A stretch of 64,000 nt of DNA from a virus. A program made the translations under genes and the position numbers. Positions 1-7,984 of the stretch are shown here, one piece after another; the stretch's first letter is position 1; every line of letters begins with the position of its first letter. The notes beneath the pieces are model-generated. The model saw nothing but the letters and a program-made list of their open reading frames with translations, had not been told where the DNA came from and made no database searches. The stretch spans positions 64,001 through 128,000 of IMG/VR virus record IMGVR_UViG_3300023202_000068. One strand, given 5' to 3'.

Positions 1-51
1 AGAGTATGATTACTTTGCGGATGAGTTGTTGAAACTTTTGGAGGGTGAGCT

Positions 52-321
52 ATGAAACAGAAACCGCGAGAGTTTTGGATAAAGGATGGCGATGCTCATG
101 AAGTCGAGCATGAGGACATGAAGCCTTATGAGTATCATGTTATAGAATACTCCGCCTACGATAACCTTAAAAAGCAGATGGCTGAAGTGTTAAATCGAAT
201 TGCCGTTAACGAAAAAGATTATGGGAATGTGGGAACTGATAAAGAGTTTTTTAAATTGGAGCAAGTCGAAGCTTTCGCTAGACAAGCACTAGCAAAACTG
301 GAGGGCGTTGGGGATGAGTAA
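52..321 (+). CDS. hypothetical early phage protein
   Basis: ORF with GGAGG RBS; first of a translationally coupled run of small genes. Confidence 0.7.
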   Translation: MKQKPREFWIKDGDAHEVEHEDMKPYEYHVIEYSAYDNLKKQMAEVLNRIAVNEKDYGNVGTDKEFFKLEQVEAFARQALAKLEGVGDE

Positions 322-523
322 TGTCAAATTATATACCTTTTGTGTAAAACAATATGGAGAAATTAAATTTAAAGTTAACCTTTATTCAGATCATCCCCAT
401 GAATCAGACTTTATAAGAATGGCTCGTAGGGGCATCGCTGAGATTTATGAAATAGAGGAAGACGATGTAATTCTTGATGTATCTACCGCTGCTTCTGAAT
501 CAGCAAAAAGGTTTACGCAATGA
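314..523 (+). CDS. hypothetical protein
   Basis: ORF overlapping neighbours; ATG at 314 preferred over TTG at 308. Confidence 0.6.
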   Translation: MSNVKLYTFCVKQYGEIKFKVNLYSDHPHESDFIRMARRGIAEIYEIEEDDVILDVSTAASESAKRFTQ

Positions 524-711
524 ATGAAGAGATTTGGTATAACTCCGAACACAACTTGATTGGAATAGTTTGTGCGTCTATCAGATTTCCATCAGATAAA
601 AAAATAGTATACAACGTCCCGTTTAGCTTAGATGAACAATGTATGTTCTTAGAAAGACGGTGGAGAACAGAGCTAAAGAAGTGCGGATGGGAAAGGATTG
701 GCGAGCTATGA
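520..711 (+). CDS. hypothetical protein
   Basis: ATGA overlaps at both ends. Confidence 0.6.
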   Translation: MNEEIWYNSEHNLIGIVCASIRFPSDKKIVYNVPFSLDEQCMFLERRWRTELKKCGWERIGEL

Positions 712-1073
712 GCAATGACTTACAAAAAGAAATAGCAAGGCTGCGTGAGGTTTGTGATGCGGCTTCGGATGGACCTTGGACTGCGTATGAAAACGGTCCA
801 TGGGGTAGTCAAGGTTTTGGTGTTGTAACTTTTTGTGACGACAAAGTCCACAGAGCTTTTAACACTCATCCTCACGATAACAGCAAAGAGTCAGCTAAAG
901 ATGCGCTATTCATAGCCGAATCCCGAACCGCTCTCCCTAAGCTGCTCGATGCGCTCGAAGTGGCCTTAGAAGAGTTAGGTGTTATTGAAAAATCAGACTC
1001 TAATATTCCTGCGCATATAATAGCTAGGTCGGCATTAAAAGAAATCGAAACCATAATAAAAGGCGGCGAGTAA
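708..1073 (+). CDS. Ead/Ea22-like phage protein
   Basis: AASDGPW...DALFIAESRTALPKLLDALE matches the Ea22-like pattern; ATG 708 overlaps the previous stop. Confidence 0.6.
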   Translation: MSNDLQKEIARLREVCDAASDGPWTAYENGPWGSQGFGVVTFCDDKVHRAFNTHPHDNSKESAKDALFIAESRTALPKLLDALEVALEELGVIEKSDSNIPAHIIARSALKEIETIIKGGE

Positions 1074-1300
1074 TGTTTGGATACAGCATTGTGAAAACTG
1101 ATCGATTGCAATATCTAGAAAAATGCACAGTAAAATTTGAAAAAGTCCATCAACTATATCGTTGGTTTTCAGGATGGCAGGATTTAGATATTATATGGAA
1201 CTACATAAGATCAGAAACTTATTTCGGAGGTATTGACGAAGCCAGGAAAAAATACGCAAAAGCCAGAGGCACAAATGTTTACGGAGGCGAGAGTGATTAA
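1073..1300 (+). CDS. hypothetical protein
   Basis: TAATG coupling to the previous gene. Confidence 0.65.
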   Translation: MFGYSIVKTDRLQYLEKCTVKFEKVHQLYRWFSGWQDLDIIWNYIRSETYFGGIDEARKKYAKARGTNVYGGESD

Positions 1301-1535
1301 ATACGATATAGAAAATTTTTATAATCTATTTTCTGAAATTGGCTATGCATTTGAGCCTCAGTATCCGCCTAGAAAGCAAACAGTTGATGAGTTAGAAGTT
1401 ATCACGTTTTACAAACTAAGCTTAAGATCCGACGGACAGGCTCAGTACAAAGCTGAGACATATACTTTTAATCCAAAACTGTGGAGCAAGGTTGAGGCTT
1501 TGTATAAACTACTGGAGGGCGAGAGTGAATCTTGA
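1293..1535 (+). CDS. hypothetical protein
   Basis: GTG 1293 downstream of GGAGG, in frame with ORF 1233..1535. Confidence 0.6.
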   Translation: MIKYDIENFYNLFSEIGYAFEPQYPPRKQTVDELEVITFYKLSLRSDGQAQYKAETYTFNPKLWSKVEALYKLLEGESES

Positions 1536-1753
1536 TGAAAAGATAAGATTCCATATTATGGATGTGGATTATGACAAAAATTAAATTAGGACAAAAAACA
1601 CTAGATGATGTAGCAAAGAATGAAGACGCTGACGCTATTCGTCATGAGCTGGATAATATTGGCTTGTACAGTATGAAAGATCAGTATATCAACCTACACT
1701 TTCCTTGGGAAAAAGAGGTTGGAAGAAATATAGAGAGGTATCTGGGTGAATAA
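1525..1753 (+). pseudogene. hypothetical protein with an apparent +1 frameshift in the A5 run at 1576-1580 (or a sequencing indel)
   Basis: GGAGGG RBS + GTG 1525 gives MNLDEKIRFHIMDVDYDKN*; removing one A joins it to KIKLGQK... of ORF 1562..1753. Confidence 0.45.
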
Positions 1754-2024
1754 ACTAACAGACGAAGAGATTCAAAAGTATATCGACAAAATCGACTTCC
1801 CTAGTCCTATTGTAGGGTTTACACTATTTGGTATCACATTCTTTATGTGGAGCAGACCGGAGTTTTACTTTGAGCTTATCGAGACAGAACCTTACGCACT
1901 TGACGGCTCTATGCCTAGCATAATGGTCCACCTAGCTTGGTTTGAGTTTATATTTGAAAGTAAGACTTTGTATAGGTTTTTCTACAAGAGAAAGTATGGC
2001 GAAGAGCCAGCAGGTATGGAGTGA
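1746..2024 (+). CDS. hypothetical protein, possibly membrane-associated
   Basis: GAGG RBS, hydrophobic segment IVGFTLFGITFFMW. Confidence 0.6.
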   Translation: MNKLTDEEIQKYIDKIDFPSPIVGFTLFGITFFMWSRPEFYFELIETEPYALDGSMPSIMVHLAWFEFIFESKTLYRFFYKRKYGEEPAGME

Positions 2025-2986
2025 AAACAATAGTTAAGATGAAGTTTGGCTCACACCTTTATGGGCTTAACACACCTGAGTCAGACACAGACTATAAGGG
2101 TATTTACATTCCTGACCTTAAAGACATTGTACTCCAGCGAGTACCAAAGACTTCCATTAACATGTCTACGGGCTCTGCAGATGGTAAGAATACCAAGGAA
2201 GACGTTGATACTGAAATGTTTACACTGCAGGGCTTTATCAAGATGTGTGCGCAGGGACAGACGGCTGCAGTTGATATGTTGTTTGCACCTGAAGAGATGA
2301 TTATAGAAAGCTCATTCGAGTGGCGCAGGATTCAAGAGCAAAGAGATAAGTTAATTACAGGTAAGGCAGCAGCCTTTGTAGGCTATTGTTATCAACAGGC
2401 TAATAAGTATGGCATCAAGGGGAGTAGGATTAATGCTATAGACACAGTCTTGGCTTTCTTGAGCAAAAAAGACCCAGACATGAAGCTATATATTCCATAC
2501 CACTCTATGTCTCAGGCTTTGGATGGAGTTAAGCATGTGGAGTTTATTAAACTTCCAGTCAAGAAGGGTTCAGATAAAAAAGTAAACGCTGTGGAAGTGT
2601 GTGGTCGTAAGTTTGATGTGTCTGTTAAAATTTCATACATGATCAATGCTTTGGAGAAGATCAAGGATAACTACGGAGATAGAGCCCAACTTGCAAAGAA
2701 AAATAAGGGTATTGATTGGAAGGCTATTTCTCACGCGATGCGCGTATGTATGGAGGCTGAAGAGTTGCTAACTACTGGTCGTGTAACTTTTCCATTCACA
2801 GGTAGAAAAAAGAACTACCTTCTTAATATTAAAAAAGGTGTTTTGGAGTATGACTCTGTTGCACACTCTCTTGAAGAGTATATGCAGCTAATACGGCAGC
2901 TTGAAGAAACTACAACTCTACCTAGGCAGATCGACGTTGACTATTGGGATAACTTTATCTACAATGTCTATACGAGGTCTAGATGA
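2021..2986 (+). CDS. DNA polymerase-beta superfamily nucleotidyltransferase (RlaP / Nuc-transf type)
   Basis: FGSHLYGLNTPESDTDYKGIY (GS...DxD), YGIKGSR, DWKAISHAMR motifs typical of phage members. Confidence 0.85.
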   Translation: MKTIVKMKFGSHLYGLNTPESDTDYKGIYIPDLKDIVLQRVPKTSINMSTGSADGKNTKEDVDTEMFTLQGFIKMCAQGQTAAVDMLFAPEEMIIESSFEWRRIQEQRDKLITGKAAAFVGYCYQQANKYGIKGSRINAIDTVLAFLSKKDPDMKLYIPYHSMSQALDGVKHVEFIKLPVKKGSDKKVNAVEVCGRKFDVSVKISYMINALEKIKDNYGDRAQLAKKNKGIDWKAISHAMRVCMEAEELLTTGRVTFPFTGRKKNYLLNIKKGVLEYDSVAHSLEEYMQLIRQLEETTTLPRQIDVDYWDNFIYNVYTRSR

Positions 2987-3279
2987 TTCAGTGGTTTAAA
3001 GATATATTTACAAGTAAGAAGCCTAAGTTTGAAGTGCGGATATTAAATGAAGTGCTCGACACTATAATAGAGCACCAAGAAGAGCTTGAAATGACCGTAA
3101 GCACAACTAGGGAAGTGATGGAAAAGCCAGGTCTATTCACACATCTTGGAGCTAAAACCAAAGGTAAAGTGTGGGCACTTAACTTCGGGCTACACGTTTT
3201 TTATTACTTAATTGTAGATGATAAGTACGTAATCGTGGAGATTGTTGTACCTAAAAAATTGGGAGACATGTATGGCTAA
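2983..3279 (+). CDS. hypothetical protein
   Basis: coupled ORF. Confidence 0.6.
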   Translation: MIQWFKDIFTSKKPKFEVRILNEVLDTIIEHQEELEMTVSTTREVMEKPGLFTHLGAKTKGKVWALNFGLHVFYYLIVDDKYVIVEIVVPKKLGDMYG

Positions 3280-4231
3280 ACTGGGACACTCAGACCCACA
3301 CAACTATTTTGAACAAGCTATTGGTGACGGCACCATTAAGCCTTCTACACCACGTATGAGTATGATACCTAGTAAAAAGTACGAAAACCCAGTTAAGAAC
3401 AAGATCTTTCAGATAGACCCAGAATATTTTCACATTTACCGCAATACTAAACTCAAAGCACGTGAAGAACGACTTAGTAAATATTACCAACGCACTGAGT
3501 CAGACAATGAAAGGGTAATTGAATTTATCGTAGATAAGCTAGTTGAGGAATACCCAGACTTGTTTGAGTATTGGTACTACGAAGATAATGTTTGGCTACC
3601 ACACCACTTGAGGTGCCACTTGACTGGTGACAATCTAATGTTTGATCAAAATTGGAAGTTGACCGCACATAAAGTTTACATTGACTCTTTTGATGCCCTG
3701 GCTATGCAAGTTCCTGAAGACCTAGTGATTCACTACTCTAATAGTGACAGAGACTACGCCGGATACATACACTTGTGTCACGCTAACGGCTGGAATGCAG
3801 AGTGGGCAATAGATAAAGACTTCCAATGGGTACATAAAGAGGTAGAGAATATTGACAAGATGATACCAAGACCTAAAGCACTGGTTGACGGCATTATTAA
3901 GTCTGGTAGAACTACAGAGCGTGTTGGTGCAATTAGCTTTAGAACCAATACAGAGTTGAATAGGCATCCTGATGATGAACCAGAAGATGCCAATAAGTTT
4001 AACGCAGAAAATCCAGAGCTGTATATGAGAGTGGAAAGGCAGACTATCAATCCTTTTCCCGATGAAGGCTGTTTCTTGTTTACGATCAAAACTTACTTTG
4101 TAAACTGCGACCACCCAGAGGCAGATAAGAGAGATAAGATCATCAAGGCTTTTGAAAAAGATACAACTAAAGTATATTCACACTGGTTCTTCGATAAGTA
4201 CAAGGATCAAGTATTGGAGTGGTTGAAATGA
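3272..4231 (+). CDS. DUF3445 / heme-dependent oxidative N-demethylase alpha-subunit-like protein
   Basis: LAMQVPEDLVI, HLCHANGW..., WVHKEV, LYMRVERQTI, FLFTIKTY follow the DUF3445 motif order; start at ATG 3272 after GGGAG. Confidence 0.7.
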   Translation: MAKLGHSDPHNYFEQAIGDGTIKPSTPRMSMIPSKKYENPVKNKIFQIDPEYFHIYRNTKLKAREERLSKYYQRTESDNERVIEFIVDKLVEEYPDLFEYWYYEDNVWLPHHLRCHLTGDNLMFDQNWKLTAHKVYIDSFDALAMQVPEDLVIHYSNSDRDYAGYIHLCHANGWNAEWAIDKDFQWVHKEVENIDKMIPRPKALVDGIIKSGRTTERVGAISFRTNTELNRHPDDEPEDANKFNAENPELYMRVERQTINPFPDEGCFLFTIKTYFVNCDHPEADKRDKIIKAFEKDTTKVYSHWFFDKYKDQVLEWLK

Positions 4232-4340
4232 ATCTAGAAGACGCCGTGTATATGCTATTACTTATGCTTGCAACTAACCTTCATATCTATGTGGTCCACT
4301 TAAAGATTGAAGATGTAAGAAAGAAGATGGGAAAGAAGCG

Positions 4341-4643
4341 ATGAGTGAAAGTACTACATTGCGCTATCTATTTTTTGGCTACTTCTTTGTTTTTTTCACA
4401 GCTCTTGTTGGTCCTGCCCTAGTAGGATGTACAGAAGACAGGCCTACCACGTATATTAAAGAGGCGAAGCCATCAGAGAAGGAAGATAAGATATTGTTTC
4501 AGGTTCAGCATTTTCTGGGGAGTGAGTACGAAGTCTTAGGCTATGAGGTTATAGATAGAAACTACACTCAAGCCGTTGAGATTAAGCTTAGAACTAAAGA
4601 TCAAGGCAGGACCATGGATATCCGCTTAGAGTGGGAGATGTAG
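4341..4643 (+). CDS. putative lipoprotein
   Basis: hydrophobic N-terminus ending in lipobox LVGC. Confidence 0.6.
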   Translation: MSESTTLRYLFFGYFFVFFTALVGPALVGCTEDRPTTYIKEAKPSEKEDKILFQVQHFLGSEYEVLGYEVIDRNYTQAVEIKLRTKDQGRTMDIRLEWEM

Positions 4644-4645
4644 TA

Positions 4646-4972
4646 GTGGTTAAGTTAAACAGAAGAAAGTTTTTACAAATCATGGGTTCAGTAGCTGCTG
4701 CTGCAGTCTTGCCAGGACACTTTCCAAAACCAGAGCCTGAAAAGATTTCTGTAGATGAAGTAGAGCCGGTAGTACTAATAAACACCGATGGTGGAGAACT
4801 TACACTTGAAAAGATTGAGGAAGCAGCAATTATGGCTGCTCAGCAACATGGTCAACCAGACATGCTCTTGATACCAGAGGAAAGTTTCAAAGCCCTTTTG
4901 GAGATTACTGAAGAAGAATATTGTGAGATACTTAGAGTTAATCCAAGAGTATCGGAGTGCATCGTTGCGTAA
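4646..4972 (+). CDS. twin-arginine (Tat)-signal protein with a major-capsid-like C-terminal segment
   Basis: NRRKFLQ + hydrophobic AAAAVLP; GTG 4646 after GGGAG; capsid resemblance is by eye only. Confidence 0.5.
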   Translation: MVKLNRRKFLQIMGSVAAAAVLPGHFPKPEPEKISVDEVEPVVLINTDGGELTLEKIEEAAIMAAQQHGQPDMLLIPEESFKALLEITEEEYCEILRVNPRVSECIVA

Positions 4973-5378
4973 CCTGAGCTATATACGTTTTCTAGGGTTT
5001 ATCATAATCGCAATGTATCTTACAGCGTGCTCTTCAACCTATGTTCACCGCGACATGCGCAAGTACGTAGATAGGTATAAAATATACAAAAAAGACTACC
5101 TTGGGACTGATGAGCTATATTACCCCATTCATTTTGTGATCGAGCCGATAGACGACGGTGATGCCGTAGGAACTTGTGATCAGCGCATATTGAGTAGGAA
5201 TGGGGAGAAGGCTAGAGTTGTAACTGTTGACATTCACTGGTGGGCAAGGGTTACAGATTCAGACCGTGAGGTAATGATCTTACACGAGCTTGGACACTGT
5301 GACCTAGATATACACGAACACACAGTAATGAAGCTGCAGAGAGCGGCTTTTGAAAACAAGGAGACAAGAGATGTCTAA
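4965..5378 (+). CDS. lipoprotein zinc metalloprotease-like (HExxH)
   Basis: lipobox LTAC; ILHELGHCDLDIHEH; TTG 4965 after GGAG; paralog of 17440..17949. Confidence 0.7.
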   Translation: MRNLSYIRFLGFIIIAMYLTACSSTYVHRDMRKYVDRYKIYKKDYLGTDELYYPIHFVIEPIDDGDAVGTCDQRILSRNGEKARVVTVDIHWWARVTDSDREVMILHELGHCDLDIHEHTVMKLQRAAFENKETRDV

Positions 5379-6444
5379 AGAGTATAAATACGCCGTATTT
5401 ATCGGCAGATTCCAACCCTTCCATAGTTCACACTATGACGTAGCCCTCCAAGGGCTTGAAATTGCAGAAGAATTAATATTCGTAATCGGTTCTGCAAACT
5501 CAGCTAGAAATGTAAAAAATCCATTCACATCACAAGAGCGCAAAGCCATGATATTGTCGGCTTTTGAACCTCATGAGACAAAGAACCTACATTTTATTGA
5601 CGCACGAGACTATCACTACAATGACTTGTTGTGGGTGACGCAAATCCAAAACAGCATTAACCAGATTGTTGAAAACGGTGACCCTGTTGTTCTAATCGGT
5701 AACGTGAAGGATCAGAGTTCTTACTACGTCAAGTATTTTCCACAGTATGACTTCATGCCTATTCGCACAGGCAATGTCATGCAGGATGCTACGGATATTC
5801 GTAATAAGATGTTTGATGTTGAGTTAAAAAGTGCATGGACTGACAGCGGTGTAGGTAAAGTTGACACGACCCATACTATAAATCTTACAAACGAAGTTCC
5901 ACAAGGCGTTAACGACATGATCAATGGCTTCATGGCAACAGACGAGTATAAAGATCTTGTGAAAGAGTTTGAGTTTTTAAAAGACTATAAGTCTAAATGG
6001 GATTCAGCTCCTTATCCTCCGACTTTTATTACGGCTGATGCTGTTGTAACTTGTTCAGGTCATGTATTGGTTGTAAGGCGCGGTTTCAATCCAGGTAAAG
6101 GCCAACTTGCAATGCCAGGAGGGTTTGTCCGACCAACAGAGAAAATCAAAGACGCAGCACTTAGAGAGTTAAAGGAAGAGACTAGGATTAGACTTGACAA
6201 GCTTGTGCTTGATAACGCTATAATACATTCTAAGGTGTTTGACCATCCAGGTAGATCACTGCGTGGTCGCACGGTTACACACGCATATCATATTAAGTTG
6301 AAAGACGGCAGACTTCCTGAGGTAAAAGCAGGTGACGATGCTGATAAGGCATATTGGGTGCCGTTTGCAGACGTTTACAAGCAAGAGACAGATTTTTTTG
6401 AGGACCATTTTCATATTGTAAGTTATTTTTTAAACCAAAGGTAA
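5371..6444 (+). CDS. nadM: bifunctional NMN adenylyltransferase / ADP-ribose pyrophosphatase (NadM-Nudix)
   Basis: FIGRFQPFHSSH (HxGH-like), NPFTSQER, Nudix box GGFVRPTEKIKDAALRELKEET, RSLRGRTVT, FFEDH. Confidence 0.93.
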   Translation: MSKEYKYAVFIGRFQPFHSSHYDVALQGLEIAEELIFVIGSANSARNVKNPFTSQERKAMILSAFEPHETKNLHFIDARDYHYNDLLWVTQIQNSINQIVENGDPVVLIGNVKDQSSYYVKYFPQYDFMPIRTGNVMQDATDIRNKMFDVELKSAWTDSGVGKVDTTHTINLTNEVPQGVNDMINGFMATDEYKDLVKEFEFLKDYKSKWDSAPYPPTFITADAVVTCSGHVLVVRRGFNPGKGQLAMPGGFVRPTEKIKDAALRELKEETRIRLDKLVLDNAIIHSKVFDHPGRSLRGRTVTHAYHIKLKDGRLPEVKAGDDADKAYWVPFADVYKQETDFFEDHFHIVSYFLNQR

Positions 6445-6480
6445 GACAGAGAGTTTTACCGGAAAACAAGGAGATCAAAA

Positions 6481-7848
6481 ATGATCACAGATAACATAAT
6501 TCTACTAACAGATAGTTACAAAGTAACCCACTGGAAACAGTATAAACCTGGAACATCAAATGTGTATTCGTACTTCGAGTCACGTGGTGGATTATTCCCC
6601 GAAGTCGTATTTTTTGGGCTTCAGTATTATTTACAAGAGTATTTGTCAAAACCAGTGACAATGGAAATGATTGATGAAGCTGAAAGCTACTTCACAGGTC
6701 ACTTCGGAGACAAGTCACTATTTAACCGTGAGGCTTGGGAGTATATTGTAACTGAGCACGATGGTAAACTACCTATTAGAATCAAAGCTGTACCGGAAGG
6801 TACTGTTGTAAAAGTTAGCAACACCATGATGTCTGTTGAAGCCACTGACCCTAAGTGTTACTGGCTAACAAACTATATGGAAACAGTCTTATCACAAGTT
6901 TGGTATGGCTCTACAGTTGCTACATACTCACGTGAAATAAAGAAAGTTATTAATCAATATTTAGAAAAGACTGGAGATACAAGTGGTATTAATTTCAAAC
7001 TTCACGATTTTGGTTTTCGCGGAGTATCTTCTGTGGAGTCTTCAGGTGTTGGCGGTGCTGCTCACCTTGTTAACTTCATGGGAACTGATACGCTCTCCGC
7101 ACTGGTCGTTGCTAGAAAAAATTATTCCTCTGACATTGCTGGGTTCTCTATCCCTGCTTCTGAGCATAGCACTATGACAAGTTGGGGAGGACAGTACTCT
7201 GAGGTTGATGCGATGAGAAACATGATTAAACAGTATGGATCTTCTCCAATCTTCGCGTGCGTGTCTGACTCATATGATGTATACAGAGCTTGCAAAGAGT
7301 ATTGGGGTAAGCAGTTAAAAGACGATCTTATGGAAGTTGACGGGACTTTGGTTGTAAGGCCTGATTCTGGAACGCCGCACAAGGTAACGCTAGAGTGCAT
7401 TGAGCTATTGGGTGAAGCTTTTGGTTACAGCGTTAATGAAAAAAGTTACAAAGTCCTAGACCCTAAAGTTAGGCTCATTTGGGGTGACGGTATTGACTAC
7501 GACGGTGTAAGAAAGATCTTGTCTACCCTTGAGCAGAATGGCTGGAGCGCAGATAATATTGCTTTTGGAATGGGTGGAGGCTTGCTTCAAAAGCTTAACC
7601 GAGACACACAAAAGTTCGCGTTCAAATGCTCTAGTATGACTGACGAAAGAGGTAATGAGCACGATGTGTACAAAGCCCCTATCACCGATGGAGGTAAGAC
7701 CTCTAAGAAGGGTAGGATGAGTCTGGTAGAAGGCAAGACTGTCAAAAAGGACAATCACCCTGAAGATATGCTCAAAGTGGTATATGAGAATGGTGAGGTT
7801 AAGCTTACCACGACACTTGATGAGATTAGAGACAGAGCTAAGTTGTAA
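6481..7848 (+). CDS. nadV: nicotinamide phosphoribosyltransferase (NAMPT)
   Basis: TDSYKVTH, LHDFGFRG, SIPASEHS, VSDSYD, VVRPDSG, GDGI, AFGMGGGLLQ. Confidence 0.95.
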   Translation: MITDNIILLTDSYKVTHWKQYKPGTSNVYSYFESRGGLFPEVVFFGLQYYLQEYLSKPVTMEMIDEAESYFTGHFGDKSLFNREAWEYIVTEHDGKLPIRIKAVPEGTVVKVSNTMMSVEATDPKCYWLTNYMETVLSQVWYGSTVATYSREIKKVINQYLEKTGDTSGINFKLHDFGFRGVSSVESSGVGGAAHLVNFMGTDTLSALVVARKNYSSDIAGFSIPASEHSTMTSWGGQYSEVDAMRNMIKQYGSSPIFACVSDSYDVYRACKEYWGKQLKDDLMEVDGTLVVRPDSGTPHKVTLECIELLGEAFGYSVNEKSYKVLDPKVRLIWGDGIDYDGVRKILSTLEQNGWSADNIAFGMGGGLLQKLNRDTQKFAFKCSSMTDERGNEHDVYKAPITDGGKTSKKGRMSLVEGKTVKKDNHPEDMLKVVYENGEVKLTTTLDEIRDRAKL

Positions 7849-7861
7849 TTATTACTAATAA

Positions 7862-7900
7862 ACACCGTCATTAGTATAAAAAACGTACTAATGACGGTGT
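7862..7900. terminator. perfect 15-bp inverted repeat, probable terminator/insulator after nadV
   Basis: ACACCGTCATTAGTA-(9 nt)-TACTAATGACGGTGT; only a weak U-tract follows. Confidence 0.65.
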
Positions 7901-7924
7901 ATTGCGTTTTCCAGTCCCTGCCGC

Positions 7925-7933
7925 AATCTTTAA
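7925..7933 (+). promoter_or_regulatory. putative late promoter motif AATCTTTAA
   Basis: the same motif precedes structural genes at 32799, 35401, 46391 and 49887. Confidence 0.6.
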
Positions 7934-7984
7934 TCTATATAGTGTACCCAAACACTTCCTATCAAGGCTAGGGTTATTTTTTCT

